From a virus: a DNA stretch of 64,000 nt. The stretch covers positions 64,001-128,000 of IMG/VR virus record IMGVR_UViG_3300026097_000008; one strand, 5' to 3'. Positions 21,201 through 29,800 of the stretch are shown here, piece by piece. Position 1 is the stretch's first letter, and the number at the start of each line of letters is the position of its first letter. The notes beneath the pieces were generated by a model that did not search any database, was not told the DNA's origin, and was given only the letters and a program-made list of their open reading frames with translations. The position numbers and the translations under genes were made by a program.

Positions 21201-21422
21201 TGCAGCAGTTCTCGCTTGTACATTAGCAGAACGCAATTCGTCTCCCATAATACAACATTCTGCAGGTACAATTATAGGCAGCACTTCGTAGTATTTTCCT
21301 GTAGAAACTTTCACTAATGTACTTCTTATTACTCTTGCAGGAACATTTGTATCGTCACCGGCTGTGATAGCGTCTGTTACTATTCCGCTTAGTTCCGTAA
21401 TTGTTTCAAATATAGTTGCCAT
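15210..21422 (-). CDS. Giant virion structural protein (2070 aa); C-terminal part of a split gene
   Basis: Helical KCxRD repeats, a beta-helix block (SPYVQNLTT...NDFTQVISDGIG), Asp-box/BNR-like YS.DG..W repeats and C-terminal GHDFLDIGTGNF...TDQDGNFRVG. Paralog of 23848..30573. Confidence 0.75.
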   Translation of the reverse strand: MATIFETITELSGIVTDAITAGDDTNVPARVIRSTLVKVSTGKYYEVLPIIVPAECCIMGDELRSANVQARTAANSALTPAKDFTYSYHALDRVKSVVDDIVTGSAVTPTTGNTETQDQSWPYAETSVVGPSVEKLARTIKRKSDASLGNKVEADLPRYYESGVVDTNDARARDLIFINKEFFQNETIAYITENYPNLKYSRTKCKQDVGFIIDALRYDLTYGGNFQSVIAGEAYYNGRTGTLQIDSSEKAATLAAYGNLKALLQTVGRNITVNPVSQTEATEGDVSTIPFPQRAGVGGDANSATRIGNLMDNITSIINNGVDTVATVYPSLSNVDGALTSASELLETGLPTIKEQTIDFISKNFGSFTYDSGKCRRDLRKIITDTSYDVALGTNFNAVYNGIAYQRPMSYTVINDQITQTVGAIRYARDQLKISVTTDGSSAVGSSNASDRIDTAYDEIVDIIRNGTFRTAAPGDGDADALTFPDPGSVVQNRKDAKDNLVANRTFIVEDVIAYINNTYSFVYDANLYRANIGYFVDALTYDILYQGTQASTRNVDVYFLDNAVYTEYADYTTEIIAAYNHLKTVVRAVVTEDGTYTKQSGNGETQTTPGTPATSTEADELDNKIDITRNALTAGNTDSVPAITFPTITNQGAEYQTAHSDIASDREDVIVDTIQYINTTYNDFNYDQAKCQRDIGKIALAARYDWMLGTNFASIVAAYSYLREPSAKILGNQKTATIAANEFARTLAVQNVGGNATAIAGINSTWQWVEDIIWSGAPEGGNDAVEDVEVYNAIRQLELNKEFIVDEALSYVDEYFKAIVTSTDPATNSLSIASTDWLEVGMPIKFENPDDSTDAVTDAGFSTSTTYYVQDILSATAFTISASQYSVAGGGSDTTITDYSEGYYVVKEYEYDRVLCARDVREYVDAIKYDLTWPQMWKRSYTDNITIYLPGSYRTQLASRYYVNSIIGSQEEDMYYLRNGTGLRLQTLDGLRGDLGPANEFGTSRPTAGAYASLDPGWGPDDERVWITARSPYVQNLTTFGFAATGQRIDGALHNGGNDSIVSNDFTQVISDGIGAHILNNGRAELVSVFTYYSHIGYLAETGGRVRATNGNNSYGTFGSVAEGVDPDETPVTAIVDNKTQYNATIASVFTDTNELLGLEFSHAGNEYTEAVIDIFGAGTAEELVADEFRDQALFEGRIIEVDDSTGNPDATAGGSGYLVVTNTAQAGTTSQVTLAATDGNSSTAYPGMKVYITGGAGAGNFGIIDTYNSGSKIATVIKETDGTAGWDHVVPGTTIVAPNSTSTYLIEPRISFSSPTKANTQATTLTSDTWNAMHYMETSAEYTGVATTSQGDGTGATFDVIRNGSKYYLTLNAAGQDYTRLDTLTIAGTSVGGATPANDIVITVSTINANTGAVVDFDFTGLGSKGKFIAIPDAGTAAESSVDGTDFDTSVTLATSATAWTNITSALIDDGSTTLNPSTAMVVGYGATNNLLVNYSSDGSSWTANSPTPAITVSAVSSVAAGQVSSSVTRFVVIGDNDRDVAYSDNGGQTWTITSNALPSTGYTALTYGKGIFVAVKNGSQEMAYSEDGITWTQEATGMPTTAGWSDVVWGNGRFVAITDDTTGIAYSLDGQNWTAVSGALPGTVGAKIAYGQGQFVVTTDDTNQVAYSEDGVYWPSGGYTLSDTYTGGLNAIAFGNPGQTPKFVAIGAGATTAHVDMRIGVTARARVAVANEQIFEVRITEPGHGYTSAPTDTVTDPNNINDVLITPRIGNGAIGNPTFVNRGSGFITATASMDTQNSNGVADFFQDGTFIAVRRLSDRPVNGSNIEFDSLPGQFFKLVNTVSFLGSNDGSYTAFLQITPSMEIEDTPQDGDGVTLRIRFSQVRLTGHDFLDIGTGNFTDTNYPGVPINDPDQTKETTDSDGGRVFFTATDQDGNFRVGDLFSVEQATGVATLNAEAFNIAGLQELSLGEVTLGGNSASITEFSTDPFFTANSDTVVPTQRAIKAYIESQIGGGGATLNVNSVTAGDIFLGTNTITTVSGETINIKANVNFTGTVLGLPLAYNYFLR

Positions 21423-23803
21423 TAATAGCCTCCTCCGCTACCTGCCCCGGTTGATGTTGATAATGTTGTTGCACCCCCACCGGAAATAATGCTGTCGTAT
21501 TCTAAATCTGCTTGATTTCCAAGGGCTGTTTCAAAATATTGTTCGACGATAGCAGTTGAATTATCTCCATTGGTTGTTTGATAATTTACATCAGGTGCTT
21601 CTTGTTTGAGCACATTTTCGATTAGTGTCAAGCCGTATTGTATACTTGCTACTGTTTCTGCTTCTTGTCCTAAAATATAAAATTGGCCTGGTTCATTTAC
21701 ATATTTAAGGGCTGCTTCTCTACTTCTAACGTTTCCGCCGTGAGTAAGATCCCAAATAAATGCATCAATGAGTAATCCCATGTCTCTTTCGCACTTTGTA
21801 CTATCATATTCAAATGCAGTTGTAAATGGAGCATTATTGTTTGTAATTTGATAATCTGTCCATTCTACAATTTCACGCTGTATAAAACGTCTGTTTAATT
21901 CTAACAGTCTAGCTGCTGACGGAACTTTTGTTCCTCTTTCAATCTGTTGTGTTGCATATCTAATAGTTCTAAAAGGTCTGTCTATTGATATACCATATTC
22001 TGGCGCAGGTGCATCTACACCGTGCTCTGCCACATAATATACATCATCAGACGTACCTAAAGTTGCCCATTCGGGAATGCCACTTGCACTTACAGTAAGT
22101 ATTTGACCATTTGTTCCTATAGGCAATCTTGTTGGACCTACGCTACTGTAATATACAAGATCTCCTGTTGTAGTTAAAACACCTTGTTCTGATCCTACAG
22201 CAATAATGTTCCAGTATGTTCCTGATGTATCTAAATCAGGACGAGAATTTTCTGCTCCGCCGCCTGGATCTGTTTCTGTTTCTGTTGAAAAATCATCACC
22301 TTCTGAAATATGCTGTTGAATACATATATAGGAGTTATCTCCATAACGTGCGACGTCGCCCTGTAAATATTCTTGATCGTCTAACCATTCGCCACGCCAT
22401 CTTAAGCCTTCAGATATTTTTTCCCAGTACAATGCATTTGGTGGTTCTTGATTTTGATGGTCTTGTATACATCTATAAGTCCAAGAACCGTGGCTAACTA
22501 CCTGTCCTACCTCATATTCAAACCCTGCTGAGTCATCGCCCCATGGGCCTAAAAACTTTAATCCTTCTGAAAAAAGATCCCAGTCATCAGCGGAACTTGG
22601 AGGAATTGATCCTGTATGATTAGTCTTTGAAACATATTGGTTTCCGCCATATCTAACAATGTCACCCGCTTGATATTCTGTTTCAATATTCCACTGGTTT
22701 TCAAATACTAAACCTTCAGAAAATTTACTCCAATTTGCAATATCGGTTTCAAAATCAGCCGATGCAGTATGATATGCTGTTGCTATCCATGTTGTCGGTC
22801 CGTATTTTACAATGTCATTAATCTTATATTTTGTGCCAGTTGCCCAATCGCCTTTGTAATCAAAACCTTCATTAAATGCTTCCCATTTTAAAATGTCAGT
22901 TTCTAATCCATCTCCTGAACCTAAGGCAACTGATTGGTGTTCATCAATACATACATACGAGCTTCCGCCATATTTTACAAAGTCGTTTAATCTATATACA
23001 AAGTCTTCGTGCCAGTTGCCTTTCCAATCTAATCCGTCTGTAAAATTGTCCCACTTACTTGCATCATCCGTTTGCCCTCTACTAATAACTTCTACAGAAG
23101 CAGTACTGCTCATTCCTGCATGATGATAACAAAAATAGTATAGAGTATCGGGTGCATCTTCTGCGACTGTAATACGCATTTGTCTAGTGGTTGCTGCTGC
23201 AAATCCAGCATCATATGCCGCAGCATCATCTACTTCTGCACCATCTAAGAAATAGGACACACCATCTGTATAAATTGTTCCGCCATTATGTGTACCGTCT
23301 TGTGTTGTACTCATAACCATCGGATGCCTTGCTACTCCTGCTCCAGTAAACAAATTAGTTGCATCGTCCTGATTCCAAACGTATGTCCAACCTCTCATCA
23401 TTTGTAAATCTGGGTGTGCAACACCGTCAATTCTAAATATACCGTTGCTTACACTCGGATCATCTCTTACAGTGACAACATAGTTTTCTGTGCCTGTATT
23501 TGACCCTGAGGTGTGTCTTTCATTTGCAATGTAAAGAGAAGACCCGTATTTTGCAATATCACCTACAAAATACTCTGTATCGTTTCTCCAATCACCTCTC
23601 CAATTTTGGCCATCGCTTACAAGATTCCATTTTGGAGGTGTAATTTCAAAATCTGTATAGAAACTTTCAGATGCAGTGTGACCTATCACACAAATATAAA
23701 TTTTTCCACCAACTGCTACTACATCGTCTTGAAAATAGGTTGTACCAGTGACCCATTGATTTTTCCAAACAAATCTTAATCTACCAAGTTTAAATTCTGC
23801 CAT
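21422..23803 (-). CDS. Virion structural protein (793 aa); N-terminal part of a split gene
   Basis: W....Y..GD.V.YGG..Y.C...H repeats (carbohydrate-binding-module-like), a cupredoxin-like domain and YYVAEHG.D...PFRTI. Corresponds to the N-terminal portion of 23848..30573. Confidence 0.75.
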   Translation of the reverse strand: MAEFKLGRLRFVWKNQWVTGTTYFQDDVVAVGGKIYICVIGHTASESFYTDFEITPPKWNLVSDGQNWRGDWRNDTEYFVGDIAKYGSSLYIANERHTSGSNTGTENYVVTVRDDPSVSNGIFRIDGVAHPDLQMMRGWTYVWNQDDATNLFTGAGVARHPMVMSTTQDGTHNGGTIYTDGVSYFLDGAEVDDAAAYDAGFAAATTRQMRITVAEDAPDTLYYFCYHHAGMSSTASVEVISRGQTDDASKWDNFTDGLDWKGNWHEDFVYRLNDFVKYGGSSYVCIDEHQSVALGSGDGLETDILKWEAFNEGFDYKGDWATGTKYKINDIVKYGPTTWIATAYHTASADFETDIANWSKFSEGLVFENQWNIETEYQAGDIVRYGGNQYVSKTNHTGSIPPSSADDWDLFSEGLKFLGPWGDDSAGFEYEVGQVVSHGSWTYRCIQDHQNQEPPNALYWEKISEGLRWRGEWLDDQEYLQGDVARYGDNSYICIQQHISEGDDFSTETETDPGGGAENSRPDLDTSGTYWNIIAVGSEQGVLTTTGDLVYYSSVGPTRLPIGTNGQILTVSASGIPEWATLGTSDDVYYVAEHGVDAPAPEYGISIDRPFRTIRYATQQIERGTKVPSAARLLELNRRFIQREIVEWTDYQITNNNAPFTTAFEYDSTKCERDMGLLIDAFIWDLTHGGNVRSREAALKYVNEPGQFYILGQEAETVASIQYGLTLIENVLKQEAPDVNYQTTNGDNSTAIVEQYFETALGNQADLEYDSIISGGGATTLSTSTGAGSGGGY

Positions 23804-23820
23804 TTTTTACTCCGCTTACA

Positions 23821-23827
23821 TATTTAT
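23821..23827 (-). promoter_or_regulatory. T4-type late promoter
   Basis: GATAAATA upstream of the GGAG RBS and the ATG at 23803. Confidence 0.6.
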
Positions 23828-23847
23828 CATTATCTATATTTTTAAAA

Positions 23848-26800
23848 TTATTGTATGGTATCATTGAAAGTCCTAAAGTAAAGCATTTGAGAAATAATAG
23901 TCCCTTGTATATCTGTGATATTTCCGTTCTCGTCGCTAGTAAAGAATTGAACATCAACTGGAATATTTACATATCCGTCAGATACATTATCTATAACATT
24001 ATTTTCTGTTCCGATGAGAACTTGACCTGCTTGTATTCCTCCAGCTTCGAGATCGGAACCGCCTACACTTAGTCTATCTGCTAGAAAAGTTGCAATAGCT
24101 CTCTGGGTCGGAATAACATTATTAGAATCCGCAGCAAAAGTTGGGTCAGTACTGAATTCGCTAACAACTGTTCCTGATCCACCGAGTCTTACACCACCTA
24201 GTGCCAATTCACTTAGGCCATCTAAGTCAAAAAATTCAGCACTGATAGTGACAATACCTGTCGCCTGATCTACACTAAACAGTTCTCCTGCTCTAAAATT
24301 ACCATCTTGGTCAGTACTTGTATAAAATACTCTACCACCGTCTACTTCTAAGACTTCGTTTTCAGGAGCTGCGGTAAAGAAATTACCCCCTGCATATATT
24401 TCAGGATAATTTGTTTCTAAAAAGTTTCCTGTGCCAATATCTAAAAAGTCATGGCCTGATATTCTGCATTGTGAAAATTTTGTTCTAAGTGTTGCTGAAG
24501 TGTCATGCGCAAGATTGTCTTCGTTTTTCAAACTAGGAGAAATAGTAAATCTAACTAACCGTGTGCCGTTTCCAGTATCATCTTCACCAAGATCCTCTAC
24601 ACCAACAGCCGAAAATAATTTTTTGTCGTTGGGATCAAGGGTGTTAATATCGTCAATAGTGTCGAATCTAACCTGTGCTCCTGGGCCAGGAACAACTGAT
24701 ACTCCAGTTACTGTCACTGTATTAGCTTCTGGGACAATATCTGCAAATCCGTCACCTAAAATTTCAATAGTAGATGTGCTTGTTCTATAACCCGTTCCTC
24801 TATTTACAAAGTCTGGTTGCGTTAGTACCCCATTACCTATTCTGTTATCGGTTTCCACTTCTGTGATAAATTGATTGTCTGTCACTGTGATAGTAATTGG
24901 GTTGTCGTCACTATATCCGCTACCCGGATCCCAAATTTTTATATTTCGGAACGAACCTTGGAATACGTCAGCTCTTAATTTAGCTTGGGCGCCTGTATAG
25001 ACTTCGTTAAGGCCGCCTGTTGTTGCATCATTTGCAAATACATGCCAACGGCCAATATGATCAAAATTAGAAAATGTTGCAACTTTGTTTACTCCAGGTG
25101 ATCCTAAAGTTCTTTCATACCAATAAAGACCATCTTCTGTTGTTGCTACGTACAAAGATCCTCCGTTAGAATCCTGTGCTGTCACAAAAAATACTCCTTG
25201 CGAAAACTTAATATCATGGAAGGTCAAATCTGTGTCTGGACTTGAAACACTTACTCCATCTGGTGCATTAGTCCCAGTATACCAAGTAGCGCCATGATCT
25301 AAACTATATGCCGTTGACCCGTCTTTTGCAATAGCAAGGAATCTGTTGTTTCCAAATGCCATACCCGCCCAATCGTAATCTCCTGCTGGCAAAACTCCCG
25401 AATTTAATGTCCAAGTCGCACCATTGTCGCTTACAGCTACATCTCTTGTCTGTGATCCTGTAATCGCTACAAACTTACCTGCGCCATGTGCTATTGCTTG
25501 GTATTGATCAACTGTAGAATCGCTTCCAGCTGGTAAAGATGCTGAACTCCAGGTTAACCCATTCGGACTATATACCACAGAATTTCCTGTTAGACTTTGC
25601 GCTAGTACAACAAATCTGCCGCCTCCGAACACACCGTCTATCCAGGTTTCGTCTACTGGTAAACTTCTTGTTGTCCATGTTGCTCCTGTTTCAGACCACG
25701 CAACAGTATTTCCGCTTTCAGGAACAATCACAAATTTTCCATTTCCGTTTAATACTTTTCTAAAAGGACCGTTGAAAGGTAAATTAGTTTCTGACCAACT
25801 TTGACCATCATCACTCCATTGAGCATAATTTGGTTCTGCGGCTGCAACTATTCTTCCTTCTCTTCCTGTTCCGCTTTGACTGAATGTTTGTATGCTATTT
25901 GTACTATCGTCTGATACATCTGTCACAGTAAGCACTAGATCATTATCGGGTGTTGCGCCCCCTAACTCTGTGCCTAGTATAGTGAATGTATCATTTATTG
26001 CATAGCCTGCTCCAGGATCAGTAAGAGTGACTGTATATATGCCACTATTCTGTACTACCGTCACTGTTGCAGCAACAGCTTCTCCGTCAAACGTTTCGCC
26101 TGTGCCTGTGTTTAGATCTATACCGGTAAATGTTTCTGTAATGCCGCCAAATGCCGCATCTGAATATGTACGATTACTTGGTAAGTTTCTTAATGTAGTA
26201 GTAAATCCTGGGTGATTGGTTGTTAACCTAGGCTCAATTCTATAAACAGCAGTACTATCTAGCTCTGACTCTATCGGAGTACCCGGAAGTATGTGATCCC
26301 ATCCTGGTGTACCGTCAGACTCTTTAATTACATCACAAACTTTTGAAGCTTGATCGTATCCGTTAACTATACCATATTGTCCTATGCCATCGCCGGCAAC
26401 AATTAATATTCGCATACCATCAATTTCACTTAAGAACTGTGTGGTTTCATTTGTATTTAAAATTATTCTATCTTCTGCACTTGTGGTAGTTTGTGCGGAA
26501 TTTTGTTTTACCAGATAATTTGATCCGCCTTCTGACCCAGATCCAGAAGAGTTTACAAGTCTTGCCTGGAATAACGCTCCGTCTCTAAAATCAGTAAACA
26601 ACACATTAGCATCTGCACCTGCTCCTGTAATTTCTGCGGTTGCTGTAGTATAATTTTCTCCCGTATGACTGTATTCTAAAGCAAAGATTTTATCAGTTGG
26701 GCCGCCAGCAAAGGCTTCTACTACTTGAGCTTCATTGTTTCTATTAAAGACTGATATAGTTTGTGGAGTTTCTGTAGGGTCATTACCTTCGGCAATACTA

Positions 26801-29800
26801 CCAAACTGTCCGTACGAGTTGTTTCCGTTTGTAGCGCGAATAATTCCGCCGTCTTCTGCTAAGTATCCAACTTGCGCATAATATGTAAACACAGATACAA
26901 GTTCTGCCCTTCCATTATTCAAAACCCAAGCGCCAATTCCATCACTAATAACTTGCGTAAAATCGTTTGAAGTCATAGATTTATTACCGCCATTGTGTAG
27001 ATTGCCGTCGATTTTTTGTCCTATGGCTGCGGTTCCTAGAGTTGTCACACCTTGTATGTACGGAGAACGATTGTTGATCCATGTTCTTTCGTCTGCTGGT
27101 CCCCAACCTGGATCTAAAGAACAATATGCTCCTCCTGTTGGTCTTTGGAACTGTGCAAACACACCTGGAGGATTAAGTCCACCGCGCAATCCGTCGACAG
27201 TACAGTTTCTTAACCCTGTAGTGTCTCTTAGATAGAACATGTCGTCAATTTGACTTCCTAGAACCTGACTTGCAAATCTTCTGCCTGCAAGAGTAGTTGC
27301 ATAATTACCGCTAAAGGTTAAATCTCTATTAAAGGCTCTAATTAGAGAATATACGTCTGCTTTTATATTATCCGGGTAAAAGGTTATCGACGGATATGTA
27401 TCTTCTAAAAAGCCTATGATTTCGTTGTATATAAATTCTCTATTTGCTTGTAAAATAGCACCTGCATTAGCAATATCTTGATCAGGGTTTGCTTCGTTGG
27501 ATCCTGTCACAGTAGGATTATTACCGCCTGATAGTAATCTAGCTTCTATTGTGTTTTTGTAATCTGTAATCAAAGCACTTGTTGCGTTAGTGCCATCTAG
27601 ATTTGAAGATGCTAGAGTTTTATTTTGGCCAACACCGCCTGTATATCCGCCACTTACATCTTGATTAGTAAGTAAATTATTTAAGAAAGTAAGAACATAA
27701 TCTAAATATGCCGAGACGTAAGTATAATGTCCGTCGTATTCGGTTTTTGGACTATTTGCAATTATTGTTGTAGATCTTAATTCGTCGCCCATTACTACAC
27801 AACCCGCAGGTATAATAATAGGACAATTTTCTTCATATCTTCCTGTTGCAATTGATACCTTTGTCGGAGTAAGAGCAGGTATGTTATCCTCTATATATTC
27901 GCATGCATGTCTAATTGTTTTGAATGGAGAGTATAATGTTCCATTTCCTGTAATATCACTTCCTTTTGTAGAAACATAGATTACTTCGGCATCGTTAGTG
28001 ACTTCTCGCCAAAATACTTCTAGTTCTTCACTTACCGAAAGTTTCTGATTTGCTGTTCCAATAGGTATGCGCAACGAACCTTCGGTACTGCCGTCTCCTA
28101 CATTTTCTCTGTTTAGACCGTATGATAATAAATCACCAATTTGAAGCATTCCGCCTGGCTGGCCAGCTTGTATGAGTGTATCCCAGAAATTAAAAGTATT
28201 TCCGTTATCTCCTGGAAAATTTAAATTTGACGAAATATGTTCGATATTACACACATAGGCTGTACCTAGATAACTTACAACTTCTCCTACAGAATACCTT
28301 TGTCCAGATTGCCACTGACTCGAAAATACATTTCCAGGTAGTAGTAATTCCCACTGAGCTGTATCAACTTCTGTACCTTCGTCTACTATAATGTTAAGTT
28401 GATTTCCTTGATTTGCATTGAAATGACCATAGTAATATAATGTATCCGGTGCGTCAAGTGGCACTGAAAATTCTATTGTACGCACTGTAGCATTTTGAAA
28501 TCCTGTGATATATTGATCTACAGTTAACTCACGACCGTCTAATTTGTAAACTACGCCAGTTGTGTAAGCTGTACCACCCAGCACTAAATCTCCATCCTCA
28601 CTAGTACTAAATTTAAGTGGATGATATAGTGGATCATCCTCTCCTATAAGAGAATATTCGTTGTTAGAGGAATCAGATTGATCAAATATATAAGTAGCTC
28701 CCTTGATTAGATCAAGCTGTGGTTTTTCTACTCCGTCTATATAAAATGCTCCTGCATTTTGATTTGATGCATTATCTAGTCCTACCGTGATTACTTTTGT
28801 AAGGTTTTTTGCGCTTTCATCTATATCAGTAAGTGCTTGATAAAGTCTGCCGCCTCTAAGAATTATATCACCTGGACGATATTCTGTTTCAAGATTCCAT
28901 TCGTTTGTAGCGTATATGCTTAATGAATTCCCCTGATTAAGACCGTTATGACCAAAATAATACAGGGTAGCCGGCGCACCAAAGTCAACGGTTATTTCAA
29001 CTGTGCGTGTAGAAGCTGCTTCGAACCCGTTCATATAATCATTCATAGATACAGCGACACCGTCTAATTTATAAACAACTCCTGTAGAATAATGACTAAT
29101 AACGTCATTATTTCTACCATCACTTATTGTACTAAACATAAATGGATGATATGTTCCTCCAAAGCTACTATTTGTAGCATCAGATTGATCAAAAATGTAA
29201 GTTGATCCTTTTACTAGATCCAGTGTAGGTTTTTCGACACCGTCTATATAAAATACGCCAGTCGCAAGTCCATTAACTGTATCCGTACCTACTGTCACAG
29301 TCTTTTGCACTAATCTACTAGATCTAAAGTTATATGTTTTTGATAATAAAGACCAATATATAATAGGTATTTGTACCGTAATAGACGATGCTCCTGCTAT
29401 ACCAGTTTGATTTTCACTTGCATAATAAAGTGTTTCGGGTGTACCTGTATTAATAGCGATTCTTAGTTCTCGCTGTGATGCTGCGTCAAATCCTGCTACA
29501 TATGCAGCTCGATTCGCTACTTGAACTCCATCTAGAAAGTATGTGACTCCGGTACTATAAGCAGTGCCGTCACCTAATATTCCATCTTGTGTCGTGCTTA
29601 AATCTAGCGGATAACCGTCATTGGTTGCAGAATCCTGATTAAATATATAAATTCCATTAGGCACAAATGTTAGATTTGGTGTTTGTGTATCGTCTATAAG
29701 ATAAACATCTCCGCTTCCTCCGTCCTCAACTGTGACAGTATATGTAGTAGTCACGACGGTTTCACTATCTTCTTGTTCAGCTGAGGTTGATGGTAATTGA

